Counted from the first letter of the stretch, positions 21,796-32,149 are shown. The stretch: 64,000 nt of DNA from Chloroflexota bacterium (GCA_965261345.1 OZ253449.1:1888001-1952000); one strand, 5' to 3'. Numbers and translations: made by a program. The notes: a model not told the origin generated them from the letters alone.

Positions 21796-22581
21796 ATGGA
21801 CAACCGTAGGGTCTACGATGTGGTCGGTGAACAATATGACCTTGAATACCCGGGACCGCGTCCCGGCGAACTGGAGTTCTGGCTAGCGCAATTGCCAAAA
21901 CCTAACGCGCGGGTGCTGGAACTGGCCTGCGGTTCCGGCCGTCTGCTCCAACCGCTAGCCCGCGCCGGCGCCCAGATGACTGGGATCGACAGCTCGCCGG
22001 TGATGTTGGCGCGGGCGAGTGCCAACATCACCGGGGATCGATTGCTACACGCCTCGGCGGTCCGGTTGGAGCAGATTGGCATGGAGGACTTGGAGTTGGA
22101 TTGCCAGTTCGACCTGATCATGGCCGCGTTCAACGCCCTGCTGTTGGTCGCCCATGCCGATTTCCAATCCGTCCTCGAACGGATATTGACTCACCTGGCG
22201 CCGAACGGGAGGCTGGTATCGGACATGTTTGCGATGAGCGATTACGACCGCCTGCCCGATGAGGACCGTGCCTTTATCCCGGCTGGTCCGGCCGGGCGAT
22301 TACACCGCGAGCGGGTCTACCGTTACGATCCCGACCGGCGCCTGGGGCTATCCGAAGTGACCTACTCGAGCCAGGGCCGGGCAGTTGGACCGGATCGACG
22401 CTTTAGCTACGGACTTCACTTGTATGGCTGGGATGAACTGCAGTCGCGTTTTGCCGAGGCTGGATTTGAAATCGTCGGGACGTATGGCGGTTTCGACCGC
22501 CGGCCATTTAAAGATATTGAAGGGCAATTGATCGTGGTCGCCCGCCCCGCCCGGTCCGATCGCAGTACGTCACGTAGCTGA
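21796..22581 (+). CDS. Class I SAM-dependent methyltransferase
   Basis: VLELACGSGR, GIDSS..ML, FDLI, LAPNGRL. Confidence 0.88.
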   Translation: MDNRRVYDVVGEQYDLEYPGPRPGELEFWLAQLPKPNARVLELACGSGRLLQPLARAGAQMTGIDSSPVMLARASANITGDRLLHASAVRLEQIGMEDLELDCQFDLIMAAFNALLLVAHADFQSVLERILTHLAPNGRLVSDMFAMSDYDRLPDEDRAFIPAGPAGRLHRERVYRYDPDRRLGLSEVTYSSQGRAVGPDRRFSYGLHLYGWDELQSRFAEAGFEIVGTYGGFDRRPFKDIEGQLIVVARPARSDRSTSRS

Positions 22582-22683
22582 ACTAGGTGAGCGGACCATG
22601 CGGGCAGCCTGGTTGGGGAAATAAAATCGATGGGCAGGGTTTTTCCAACCGCGCTTCGCACCCCGCCGATTCTGGAGATAGCG

Positions 22684-23070
22684 ATGGCTTCGAGCGAGGC
22701 TGACCGGCGACCGCGCAGCGGCGAAAAGGTATTTGCGGTACGGTGCCGCAACGGCGACCGCCTGCCGATCCGCAAGGCGCAGCTACGTTGGACTGATAGT
22801 TTCCGCTGTTCCTGCGGCACGGTGCTCACGCTCGATGAGGTGCTCGCCCAATTACACGAACAGGGACACGACGTATTCGATCTGGCCCGGGGTCGTGGCA
22901 GTTTCCGCGAGAAGATCCCTGGTTTACCAATGCCCCAAGGTGGATCTTTTATGGCTGGGCACACCCTGCAGCGATCTGATGACGCCGAACGCAGCGGCCG
23001 GCGGCGCTGGCGCTTTCAACCGGTGGAAGAGGCCCGCCCGCACGAAAAGGGCTTTGTCGCCGAGCAGTAG
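22684..23070 (+). CDS. Hypothetical protein, possible Cys metal knuckle
   Basis: ATG at 22684 after GGAG; CRNG and CSCG motifs; fills the intergenic gap. Confidence 0.55.
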   Translation: MASSEADRRPRSGEKVFAVRCRNGDRLPIRKAQLRWTDSFRCSCGTVLTLDEVLAQLHEQGHDVFDLARGRGSFREKIPGLPMPQGGSFMAGHTLQRSDDAERSGRRRWRFQPVEEARPHEKGFVAEQ

Positions 23071-23108
23071 CCGCCCTTGGGCCGACCGGTGTTCGCTTAG
23101 TGGACCGT

Positions 23109-23600
23109 CTAGCCAATGACTAAGACCGGATCGAGCGCGACCTGGCCTTCGATGAGTTCGGGATGGTCGTTGCCCCAGGCGAGTAAATCGACAAAAGTAA
23201 CGTCTTTGGCCGGTCCTTGATCTAACGCCCGGAGTTGCCCGGAGGCGATTGCGCCCGCTACCGTATCGACCGGACAAGCCAACAATTGGGCTGCGATGCC
23301 AAGTCCCAGCGGACGACCCAGGCGGCCCTGCAACGACGCCTGCCGGGCAACCCGCGCGGACTCGGCGTAACGCTCCAGCGCGGCCCGGGCCATGCGGTCC
23401 AGATCGGCGCGTGGTCGGTTCCATTCCAGGACCCATTGGCCATCGGAAAGCTCGAGCCGGAAGAGGTCGTCGGGGTCGTGCCCTAACGCCCTCCGGGCAG
23501 CCAGGAACTGGCCGTCAATTCCTGGCAATGGTGCGGCGACCAATGCGGCAAGGCGCGCAATCATTCGCTCGCGGAGGTTGGTCGGAGGTGTGCTTCCCAT
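23109..23600 (-). CDS. Hypothetical protein with possible excisionase-like (HTH_17) C-terminal helix-turn-helix
   Basis: LGLGIAAQLLACPVDTVAGAIASGQLRA pattern; TGATG coupling to the upstream gene. Confidence 0.6.
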   Translation of the reverse strand: MGSTPPTNLRERMIARLAALVAAPLPGIDGQFLAARRALGHDPDDLFRLELSDGQWVLEWNRPRADLDRMARAALERYAESARVARQASLQGRLGRPLGLGIAAQLLACPVDTVAGAIASGQLRALDQGPAKDVTFVDLLAWGNDHPELIEGQVALDPVLVIG

Positions 23601-24391
23601 CAGTTACTCGATTCGATGATGCCCGGGATGTCGATTCCCCAGAGCCCCGACATCCCGCCGTTGGCAATTACTTGGTCGGCGTACAGCTCGGCATTGTCCT
23701 GGGGAATGAAACCCAGATCGGCCACGACGTTGGTAATGTCCCAGTAAGAACGGGCGTTGTTGGAGACGCCGTAGTAGACGCCGAAGCCGATCCCCGGGGT
23801 CTCCACCGAGCGGGTAATCAGCTGCGACATGTCGCGGTCGGAGATCCAGGTCGAGAGGATTCGCCGACCCTCCCAATCGGGCGGGGTCGCGCGGTACTTG
23901 TAGCTGCCGATGCGCAGGCATATGACCTCCAACCCGAACCGGTCGGCGTAATAGCGGCCCAGCGCTTCCCCATAAACCTTGGCTGCCCCGTAAAAGCTGT
24001 CGGGCCGATAGCCGACGTGGCGGCTGGCTTCTTCCCCGACCAACTCCTGCCAGCCGGCGGCATGGTTGGAGCTGGCGAATATGAACCGCTTGACTCCGGC
24101 CCGCCGCGCCGCCTCGTAGGCGGTGTAAAGGTCCACGATATTGGGCTGCAGGTAGGGTTCGAATTGATCGGTGTCGTGATTGGCCTTGCCGTGCATGTGA
24201 ACGACCGCATCGTTTCCGGCGAATGCCTCGGCCGCGGCCGTCAGGTCGGAAAAATCAAGCTGGACAAATCGCGGATCGGCGTTGGGGCTGCGCGAGGTGC
24301 CGGTCAATTCCCAGCGTTCGGACAGATCCTCCATGATCGTGCGACCAATCTGTCCGGTTGCGCCGGTAACTATTACCTTGAGTTTTGCCAT
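23600..24391 (-). CDS. NAD-dependent epimerase/dehydratase, uronate dehydrogenase-like
   Basis: TGATGQIG, FASSNHA, RPDSFYGAAK, LRIGS, WISDRD, GVSNN. Confidence 0.87.
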   Translation of the reverse strand: MAKLKVIVTGATGQIGRTIMEDLSERWELTGTSRSPNADPRFVQLDFSDLTAAAEAFAGNDAVVHMHGKANHDTDQFEPYLQPNIVDLYTAYEAARRAGVKRFIFASSNHAAGWQELVGEEASRHVGYRPDSFYGAAKVYGEALGRYYADRFGLEVICLRIGSYKYRATPPDWEGRRILSTWISDRDMSQLITRSVETPGIGFGVYYGVSNNARSYWDITNVVADLGFIPQDNAELYADQVIANGGMSGLWGIDIPGIIESSN

Positions 24392-24494
24392 CAATCCCCC
24401 GTGATCGTCAATGACTGGCCATTATCGTTTTAGGATGGCAGTTAACCAATTGCCGACAGTTGAGCCGGGGTGCCCCAATCCTTAAAGCGCGCCG

Positions 24495-25601
24495 ATGAGG
24501 GAGGCAAAGTTGGTGGCCAGCAGGCTTGAGGTCGGCCTATGCGCCAATTCCCAGGTGCGGGCCGAATATCTCGCGGCGGCCGATTTGGCCCGCCTCGACG
24601 AATTCGCCAATTTTTCCTATCTGCCGGCCGAACTGGAAAGCGACTGGCATCACCCGCCACCGCGCGACCGCGAAACCGAAGCCAGGCTGGCCCAGTTTGC
24701 GATCGGCTTGGATGCCCTGATCGTCTGCCACGGGTCACCGCGCGTTTCCGGTTCGCTGCTCCAGGTGGCAAAGCGGCTGCGGCTGGTCGGCGAACTGGAA
24801 GGTGATCGCCTGGCCCAGCGGATCGACGTGGCCGCCTGTAACACCCGCGGCGCAATCGCCGTCGATACCACCCATGGTTCCTCCTATCCGGTGGCGGAGT
24901 GGGCGCTGGCATTGATGATGATCGGGTTGCGCGATGCCGGGGCATTGTTTCGGCAGCTAATTGCCCACCGCGAAGTTGCCTCGGGCGATCTGCGGCCTGA
25001 TCTCCCGTTCTACCGACGGGGCGAATTGGAAGGCAAAACCGTTAGCCTGCTAGGTTGCGGGCACATCGGCCGGCGCCTGGTTGAATATCTCCGACCGTTC
25101 AATACCAAAATCCTCGTCCACGATCCCTATATCCCGATCGAGACCGCCGACGCGCTGGGATTTGAATTGGTGGAATTTGCCGATGCCTTCCGAATCGGCG
25201 ACGTGATTGTCTGTCTGCTTCCATTAACTCCCGCCACCGAACATCTGATCGGGCGGAGCGAACTGGATCTGATTCGGCCCGACTGTGTTTTCGTAAACGT
25301 CTCGCGCGGCGCGGTTGTAGATTCGCAGGCGCTCATCGAGCGCTGCCGGCGCGGTGACATCAGCGTGTGTCTGGACGTGTTCGACCCTGATACGATCCCG
25401 CTCGATAGCGAAATCCGCGACCTACCCAACGCATTTATTTCGCCGCACATTGCCGGCAACACCAAGGCTTCGCGGACGCGGTTCTTTGCCCTTATGGTTG
25501 AAGAATTGGACCGCCTGCGCCGCGGATTTGAGCCGCGCTGGCAACTGAACGCGCGCACCGTGGCCAACCGCACCGGCGCCCGCCCACCCCCGCGAGGTTG
25601 A
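24495..25601 (+). CDS. D-isomer-specific 2-hydroxyacid dehydrogenase
   Basis: VAE, GCGHIG, DPY, PLTPAT, NVSRGAVVD, LDVF, SPHIAG. Confidence 0.88.
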   Translation: MREAKLVASRLEVGLCANSQVRAEYLAAADLARLDEFANFSYLPAELESDWHHPPPRDRETEARLAQFAIGLDALIVCHGSPRVSGSLLQVAKRLRLVGELEGDRLAQRIDVAACNTRGAIAVDTTHGSSYPVAEWALALMMIGLRDAGALFRQLIAHREVASGDLRPDLPFYRRGELEGKTVSLLGCGHIGRRLVEYLRPFNTKILVHDPYIPIETADALGFELVEFADAFRIGDVIVCLLPLTPATEHLIGRSELDLIRPDCVFVNVSRGAVVDSQALIERCRRGDISVCLDVFDPDTIPLDSEIRDLPNAFISPHIAGNTKASRTRFFALMVEELDRLRRGFEPRWQLNARTVANRTGARPPPRG

Positions 25602-25606
25602 TCGCA

Positions 25607-26251
25607 ATGGCCGGAAAATATCGCGTTCTCAACGATGACCTGTTCGAATTCATGTCCGCGGTGAGCATGCCGCCCGACAGGCTGCTGCTAGACCTTATCG
25701 AAGAAACCTTCGCGCTTACTGACTGGGCGGGGATGCAGATTCAGCCGGCGCAAGGTGCGTTCATGAACCTGTTGACGCGGTTGATCGGCGCCCGCCGGGC
25801 ATTGGAAATCGGTACCTTTACCGGGTATTCGTCGATCTGCATCGCCAGGGCCCTGCCGGATGACGGCAACCTCATCTGCTGCGATGAGAGCAAGGAATGG
25901 ACCGCGGTTGCGAGCCGCTACTGGCAGCGCGCGGGACTGGCCGAAAAAATCGAACTGCGCCTGGGACCGGCCCTGCCGACGGTACGAGCCATGCCGCGCG
26001 CCGAGCAGTTCGAACTGGTCTTTATCGATGCCGACAAGAAGTCCAACTGGGACTACTACCAGGAGGTCTTGCCACGGCTGCGGACCGGCGGCGTGATCCT
26101 GATCGACAACGCGTTCTCAGGCGTGGATTCAGACGACGTCGAGCGTCGCCGATCGGCAAGGGAATTCAATCAGCGATTCAGTGAAGATAAGCGAACTCAA
26201 TCAGTGCTGCTGCCAATCGCCGACGGGTTGATTCTGGCGGTAAAGGAATAG
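25607..26251 (+). CDS. Cation-dependent O-methyltransferase (CCoAOMT-like)
   Basis: LEIGTFTGYS, FIDADK, GGVILIDN. Confidence 0.9.
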   Translation: MAGKYRVLNDDLFEFMSAVSMPPDRLLLDLIEETFALTDWAGMQIQPAQGAFMNLLTRLIGARRALEIGTFTGYSSICIARALPDDGNLICCDESKEWTAVASRYWQRAGLAEKIELRLGPALPTVRAMPRAEQFELVFIDADKKSNWDYYQEVLPRLRTGGVILIDNAFSGVDSDDVERRRSAREFNQRFSEDKRTQSVLLPIADGLILAVKE

Positions 26252-26861
26252 GCCGGCTGTTTGCTATATGAGTGCAAAAGTGTTAGATATATAACAAATA
26301 ATATTTGCAGTTCTTGAGCTAGTTGCCAGCGCCAATGGCAAATGCAGCCCGGTCGTTGCCATATGATCGGTCGGTGACCACCGACGGCCCCGAGGCGAAT
26401 GGGTTTTCGACCCTTGACCAGGCCAACCCAACACGCCAAGCGAACCGAACTAAATTGCGCCGGCACAATCCGAAATTCATACGTCGCCACCGGATTGCTT
26501 TATTCGGCCGGCGCGCGCGATCAGGTGCGACTGCACCATGGTCGGGCCAACCCACACATTCGAGCTCAAATTGCGGGTCGGGCCATTTAGGCAGCCTGAC
26601 CAGCGGTAGCTTGTTGGCATTTGCGCAAGGCCCACAGGCGGCAAGTCCAAGATTGCGGTGCAGGCTGATTCGGATGATTCAATATGGTTAAGCGGTTGAG
26701 AATCTCCGGCAATCGCCCCAATAACTGCCAACGCCAAATCCTCCGAAATCGCTCATGTGCGATCTCGCTCCGAGGCTAAAGCAGGCCCGGCCTTGTTCCA
26801 GTGGCATATTTGAATTGGCGATGCGACCCAATTGGCGCGCTCGCGTCTATTGCGGAGTGCT

Positions 26862-26884
26862 CAATTCAAAATTCGATTGAATTG
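26862..26884. promoter_or_regulatory. Inverted repeat, candidate operator upstream of GH32
   Basis: CAATTCAA-N7-TTGAATTG, 36 bp before the GH32 start. Confidence 0.45.
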
Positions 26885-26920
26885 CTACTTCAAATCTACT
26901 AAGGTTTTAGCCGCTAACCG

Positions 26921-28312
26921 ATGCCAAATCCCCGCCACCGAACCCAATTTCACTTCCAGCCCGCCGCCAATTGGATGAACGACCCCAACGGCCTGATCCA
27001 ACACAATGGCGTCCACCACATGTTCTTCCAGCACAACCCCGAAAACCCTTGGGCCGAGCGGATTCACTGGGGTCATGCCCGCTCGCACAACCTGATCGAC
27101 TGGGAGATCTTGCCCAATGCGCTCGCGCCCGGCCAGGCCGGCGCCGATCCGCTTTCGTGTTACTCGGGCTGCGCGGTCGACAACGATGGTCAACCGGTGT
27201 TCGTCTACACCGGAGTTGCTCCGCAGACAACCTGTATCGCCTACGGCAATGACGACCTTAGCCGGTTGACCAAGTACTGCGGCAACCCGGTAATCGCCGG
27301 ACCGCCCACTGGTTTGGTTACCGCCGGTTTTCGCGATCATTCGGTCTGGCGCGAAGACGGCGGCTGGCGGATGATCATCGGATCGGGCGAACGCGGGCGG
27401 GCCGGACTGGCCCTCGCCTACCGCTCAGACGATCTGGTTTCATGGGAATACGACGGGGTTTTCGCCTCCTCGGTTGGCCAGGAGAGCTCACCGATGTGGG
27501 AATGCCCCGATTTTTTCAAAGTGGGCGGCCGCGATTTCCTTATCGTTAGCATGCACCCCGACGGGCGCGTCTTTTACTACTCAGCGCCCGGCCATGGCCG
27601 GGTCTTCGAAGGAATTCCCGGCGGTCAGGTTGATCTGGGCAAATCCTTTTACGCGCCGCAGAGTTACACCGATCAACGGGGCCGCCGGATCCAGTTTGGC
27701 TGGCTGCGCGAGGAACGCCCGACCGATCTACAAATTGCTGCCGGATGGTCCGGCGTTCAGAGCCTGCCGCGGGTGCTGGATTGCGATCCTCGGGGGCGAC
27801 TTGTTTGCCAGCCGGCCGGGGAGGTCGCGAATCTGCGGACAACCGCCAGCCCGACCTGGCGATCGCCGCAGCAGGTTGCCAGCGCCGCCGTGGAAATTGA
27901 GGCCCGGTTCGCCTGGGTCGAGAACGGCGTTTGCGGATTATCGGTTCTCGACTCGGGCGATGGCCGCGAACAGACTCGCATTACGTACGAGTTTTCCAAC
28001 GACTGGTTGACTCTCGATGCCTCCCGATCCAGCCTTGAGGCCCGCAACTACCGCACGGTTTCCGGCGGGCGACTTTGCCTGCCGCAAGGTGCCGAAGTTG
28101 AGCTCCGGGTGTTTGTTGACGGTTCAGTGGTCGAGGTGTTTGCCAACGGTCGGGCCGGAGCAATCCGGGCTTATCCAGAACTTGCCGAAAGCGTCGGCGT
28201 CGGCTTGATCGGCCAACTCAATCATCCCGGGATACCCGCATATGACGCTTCCGCCGGCAATCTGATCGAGTTCTCCGCCTGGGAATTGCGACCGGCGGCC
28301 CCGAACGCCTGA
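26921..28312 (+). CDS. Glycoside hydrolase family 32 (beta-fructofuranosidase / sucrose-6-phosphate hydrolase-like), cytoplasmic
   Basis: WMNDPNG, WGHA, YSG, FRD, WECPD, FYAPQ, SVVEVF; no signal peptide. Confidence 0.93.
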   Translation: MPNPRHRTQFHFQPAANWMNDPNGLIQHNGVHHMFFQHNPENPWAERIHWGHARSHNLIDWEILPNALAPGQAGADPLSCYSGCAVDNDGQPVFVYTGVAPQTTCIAYGNDDLSRLTKYCGNPVIAGPPTGLVTAGFRDHSVWREDGGWRMIIGSGERGRAGLALAYRSDDLVSWEYDGVFASSVGQESSPMWECPDFFKVGGRDFLIVSMHPDGRVFYYSAPGHGRVFEGIPGGQVDLGKSFYAPQSYTDQRGRRIQFGWLREERPTDLQIAAGWSGVQSLPRVLDCDPRGRLVCQPAGEVANLRTTASPTWRSPQQVASAAVEIEARFAWVENGVCGLSVLDSGDGREQTRITYEFSNDWLTLDASRSSLEARNYRTVSGGRLCLPQGAEVELRVFVDGSVVEVFANGRAGAIRAYPELAESVGVGLIGQLNHPGIPAYDASAGNLIEFSAWELRPAAPNA

Positions 28313-28367
28313 ATCGAGAAATATCATCGGGCGGGACCAGCCTGCCTAACCTGGAGCTATTGGAAGC

Positions 28368-28688
28368 ATGTCAGAACTTACCGTGATTGCCCATATCACC
28401 ACCGATCCGGGACGGACCGAAGAGTTCATCGAGGTCTTTTCCGGCAATGTGATGAACGTTCACGAGGAGCCCGGGTGCCTGCATTACACCCTGCACCGCA
28501 ATCAGGCAGGACCGGAAAAGCTCGTAGTGTTCGAGCGCTGGGCTTCGGCGGAGGCGCTAGAAGAGCACCTGTCGGCACCGCATATGGGGGCAATGCGCCA
28601 AAAGGCGGCCGGTATGGTGGTCGGGACCGAAGTCCTGCGATTCGATTTGATCGAGACGCCGGGAATGCCCGAAAAATCTAACATCTGA
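28368..28688 (+). CDS. ABM-family (putative quinol) monooxygenase
   Basis: EEPGCLHY..FERWASAEALEEHL..PH. Confidence 0.85.
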   Translation: MSELTVIAHITTDPGRTEEFIEVFSGNVMNVHEEPGCLHYTLHRNQAGPEKLVVFERWASAEALEEHLSAPHMGAMRQKAAGMVVGTEVLRFDLIETPGMPEKSNI

Positions 28689-28837
28689 CCCCTTAACCGA
28701 CCGACCGGGCGGCACCGCGGCCGGGTCGGGTATTTGAATCGGCTGCGCCGCGGCTTTAAATTTCTACAATCACTTCAGTGGCCTCAAGAAACCGGGGCTT
28801 CTGCCATATGCTTGCAATCCGATAGCAGTTGTTGACA

Positions 28838-29482
28838 ATGCGCTCATGGTTGGCGGTACCCACGATTCGCCATCGGGCGGCGCTGCTCGCGTTTTCCCTG
28901 TTAGCGGCATCATTGGCCGGTTGCGGTATCTTTACCGACGGGGACGGCGAGCGGGTGCCGGAAGATTCGGTCGTTTCGCCGGTGGTTGTCACCGTCGCCC
29001 CCACGGCGACGCCATCGCCACCCCCAGCCGCTGCCGTTACCGCTGCCGTTACCGCTGCTGTGCCAACCCAATCGCCGATCCCGCCGCAGGTTCCGCCGCC
29101 GCCCGCCGCCGTCACTGCCACCCCCACCGCCGAGCCAATCCCCGATACGCCGGTGCGCGGGCGGGTCGGTGTCGTCGCCCTCACCCGGGCGGTCGACTCG
29201 TTGCAGCGTCCAGTTGATTCGACCGATGTATTTTTGTCGGCCGAGCGGGTCTACGTTGCCGTGGAATTTATCTCAGTTGGCGCAGGAGTCCAAATCGGGA
29301 TCACCTGGCTGCGCCAGGGCGAGGAGATCTTTACCTACCAGCAGCCGATTGACTCGAACTTTACGCGTGGCTATTTCGCGTTTTATCTCGATCCGGGAGA
29401 AGCGGCGCCGGGCCAATATTCGGCCCAGGTGCTAATCGATGGCCAGGTTCAGCGGGCGGTCGACTTTACGATCTCCGAATAG
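28838..29482 (+). CDS. Lipoprotein with Pro/Ala/Thr-rich linker and beta-sandwich-like C-terminal domain
   Basis: Lipobox LAGC, low-complexity linker, PGQYSAQVLIDG terminal strand; start uncertain. Confidence 0.7.
   Translation: MRSWLAVPTIRHRAALLAFSLLAASLAGCGIFTDGDGERVPEDSVVSPVVVTVAPTATPSPPPAAAVTAAVTAAVPTQSPIPPQVPPPPAAVTATPTAEPIPDTPVRGRVGVVALTRAVDSLQRPVDSTDVFLSAERVYVAVEFISVGAGVQIGITWLRQGEEIFTYQQPIDSNFTRGYFAFYLDPGEAAPGQYSAQVLIDGQVQRAVDFTISE
29028..29058 (+). repeat. 12-bp tandem repeat (ccgctgccgtta x about 2.5) in the lipoprotein linker
   Basis: Seen directly; encodes repeated TAAV-like units. Confidence 0.7.
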
Positions 29483-31938
29483 CCAAGCCGCAGCGAATTG
29501 GCCAGCACCAATAGTGTGCTAACAGCCATCGCCAGGGCCGCGAGCGCCGGATTGAATTGATAACCCAGGATCGGGTAGAAGACACCGGTTGCAAGAACGA
29601 TCAACACCACGGTGCTTGAAAACGCCAGCGCCAAGTTCACGTTTATCGTGAACCTGAGTTTGTTCACCAGGTCCATCGATCCGGCGATCCGCTCCAACCC
29701 GCCAGCGAGGATGCTAATGTCGGCGGCGTGGCTTGCCAGGTCGGATCCCGCCCCCACGGCGATGCCGAGGTCGGCCTCAGCTAGCGCCGGAGCGTCGTTG
29801 ACGCCGTCGCCGACCATTGCAACGCGCTGGCCGCTGCGGCGATATTGCCGCGCAATTTGCGCCTTTTCGGTGGGCGATTGATCGGCAAATACTTCACTGA
29901 TGCCCATCGCGGCAGCGATTGGTAGGGCCACGCTCGAACGATCGCCGGTGACTAAGACCGGTTCAATTCCCCGGCTTTTTAAATTGGCGATCTCGTGGTT
30001 GGCCTCGGGGCGAATCTCATCCTCTAGGAAAAACGTCGCCGCCAAAGCGCCGTCAACCGCCAGCATGGCCATGCCAAATTGCCCGATTTGGGTAGGGGTC
30101 GGAGCCAGAATCCCGGCTGCCGCCAAGTAAGCCGGCGAACCTGCCAAAATCGATTTGCCATCGACCGTGGCGCTTACTCCGCCGCCGAAATCGGCCGCGA
30201 AGCCTTCGGTTGGCCCGGCGGCGACCACATCTTGTTGGTGGGCGAAACGCCGGATGGCTTCACCGATTGGGTGCTCGGATTGACCCTCGACCGCACTGGC
30301 CAGCGCCAGCGCCTCGGTGCGATCGGTATCACCATGCAGCTCAATCGCCTTTACCTGCGGGCGACCGAGAGTGATGGTTCCGGTTTTGTCCAGCAAAAGA
30401 ACGTCGAATTCCCGCCCGGAGTCGATCGCCCGCCAGTTGCGCAGCAGGATTCCATTGCGAACGCCCAGCGAAACCCCCACGACGGTGGCCGATGGGATGG
30501 CCAACCCGATCGCGCAAGGGCAGGCCACGACCAGCACCGCAAACAGCGTCCTGATTGCCCCGGCCACCCCGGCGTCGGGAGCCAGGATGAGCCACGCCAG
30601 CGCCGCCAGCACGGCGATTCCGGTAACCACGGGGATGTACACTGCCGTAATCCTGGCAATCTTGGCGTCCCCGCCCACGCGCTGCGACTGGGTCAATTCG
30701 ACCTCGCGCACGATCTGGGCCAGTACCGATCGGTCGCAGGCTCGGCTGATTTTTACGCGCAGCGCACCATTGTGATTCTGACTGGAGCCGATCACTCGGT
30801 CGCCGGCCTGTTTGAGGATCGGTTGCGCCTCGCCCGTAAGCAGCGACTCGTCAACCGTAGATTGCCCGGAGACCACCTCGCCGTCCAGGGCGATCTGATC
30901 GCCGGGGCGAACGACCTGGATGTCCCCCGGGCGCAATTGGCGAACTTTAACTTCCCTGATTTGGCCATCGACTTCGACCATCGCCTGGCCCGCCCCCACC
31001 AGCTCGAGGAGCGAATCGTACTGGTTGCTGGTAATTGCCAGCGCCCGGGTTTGCAAAGCCTGGCCAGCGCTAACGATTGCAATGACTAAGGCCGCCTCGG
31101 CCAGGAAGAGCTCGCCCGGTGGGTTGCCGCTGGACCAGCTCGCGGCCAGCTCATAGAGACTCCATGCCAGCGCCGCGGTGGTGCTCAAGGAGACCAGAGC
31201 GTACATGTCCAGGCTGCGGCTGCGAAATGATCGCAGCGCCGATTCGTGAAAATCCCAGCCCAGCGCCAAGTAGACGGCCAGGGTGATTGCGGTCAAAAGC
31301 ACCAGGTCGTTGAGGGGCGCTGGGGCCGCAATCGGCAGCCACGATGATTGCCCCCAGAAGACCAGCAAACCGGCGATCAGGCCCGCCGCCGGACCGGCCC
31401 AGGCCGGCAATTGCGGGATCAAATCAACCAGCCGGTCCACGCTGTCGCTAAGTTTCTGCCAGGTCTGGCCGGCGGCCCCACCGGCTTCGCCACCACTACC
31501 GCGGGGTCGGGCTGTTACCTGCACGCTCACCGGGGCCAGGCCGGACTGGATGAGCTTGTCGGTGATTACCGCTTCGCCGGCATAGTCAGAAAACAGCTGG
31601 CATTCAATTAGCGATCCAGCCTGCCTTGCCCAATTGATTCCATCCAGGTCGAGCAGGGCATTGGTGGCGGCGCCAAGGCGGTCGGCATCAGCATCGGCAA
31701 ACTCGATCCGCGCTTCGGCGACATCGACCGCGTAGCCAAGCGAGCGGACGCGGTCGGCGATCGCGCCGGCGGTGGTAAGGGCCGGATCGATCTTGGCGAT
31801 GGCAGAGCGCGTTAGCAGCGAAACGCTGTGTTCAAGGACCCCCTCGCCGGCGATCGCGCCCTCCACCTTGGAGACACACCCCGCACAGTGCATTCCCTTC
31901 ACAGGGATCTGGATCAAGCGCTGGGTTGGCCTGGACAT
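29449..31938 (-). CDS. Heavy-metal P1B-type ATPase (CopA-like, atypical transmembrane ligands)
   Basis: GMHCAGC metal-binding domain, TGE, CPC, DKTGT, SEHP, TGD, GDGVNDAP. Confidence 0.93.
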   Translation of the reverse strand: MSRPTQRLIQIPVKGMHCAGCVSKVEGAIAGEGVLEHSVSLLTRSAIAKIDPALTTAGAIADRVRSLGYAVDVAEARIEFADADADRLGAATNALLDLDGINWARQAGSLIECQLFSDYAGEAVITDKLIQSGLAPVSVQVTARPRGSGGEAGGAAGQTWQKLSDSVDRLVDLIPQLPAWAGPAAGLIAGLLVFWGQSSWLPIAAPAPLNDLVLLTAITLAVYLALGWDFHESALRSFRSRSLDMYALVSLSTTAALAWSLYELAASWSSGNPPGELFLAEAALVIAIVSAGQALQTRALAITSNQYDSLLELVGAGQAMVEVDGQIREVKVRQLRPGDIQVVRPGDQIALDGEVVSGQSTVDESLLTGEAQPILKQAGDRVIGSSQNHNGALRVKISRACDRSVLAQIVREVELTQSQRVGGDAKIARITAVYIPVVTGIAVLAALAWLILAPDAGVAGAIRTLFAVLVVACPCAIGLAIPSATVVGVSLGVRNGILLRNWRAIDSGREFDVLLLDKTGTITLGRPQVKAIELHGDTDRTEALALASAVEGQSEHPIGEAIRRFAHQQDVVAAGPTEGFAADFGGGVSATVDGKSILAGSPAYLAAAGILAPTPTQIGQFGMAMLAVDGALAATFFLEDEIRPEANHEIANLKSRGIEPVLVTGDRSSVALPIAAAMGISEVFADQSPTEKAQIARQYRRSGQRVAMVGDGVNDAPALAEADLGIAVGAGSDLASHAADISILAGGLERIAGSMDLVNKLRFTINVNLALAFSSTVVLIVLATGVFYPILGYQFNPALAALAMAVSTLLVLANSLRLGYSEIVKSTAR

Positions 31939-32149
31939 TTGGGCCGGTCGGGTATTACCTTATGAGCACCAGGAGGATCGACGCACTGGTGGTCCGATTA
32001 TCTATCGGACGGCCGCCGACCGAATGCCGCTTCCCCGGGGTCCGGCAGGGCCCGCGGTTGAAATTCCCAAATCCCGGCTGGCCAATTAAGATTCGATATA
32101 CAGTAGCTGCCCGAAATCCTGCGGCTTCAAGGAAACACGGCAATTCCCG

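Noticed and set aside
23249-24433. 394-aa plus-strand ORF
   Set aside because: Antisense to two coupled minus-strand genes, one with clear family motifs
26323-26691. 122-aa ORF and other short ORFs in the large gap
   Set aside because: No clear RBS or motifs and atypical composition; not supportable as CDS
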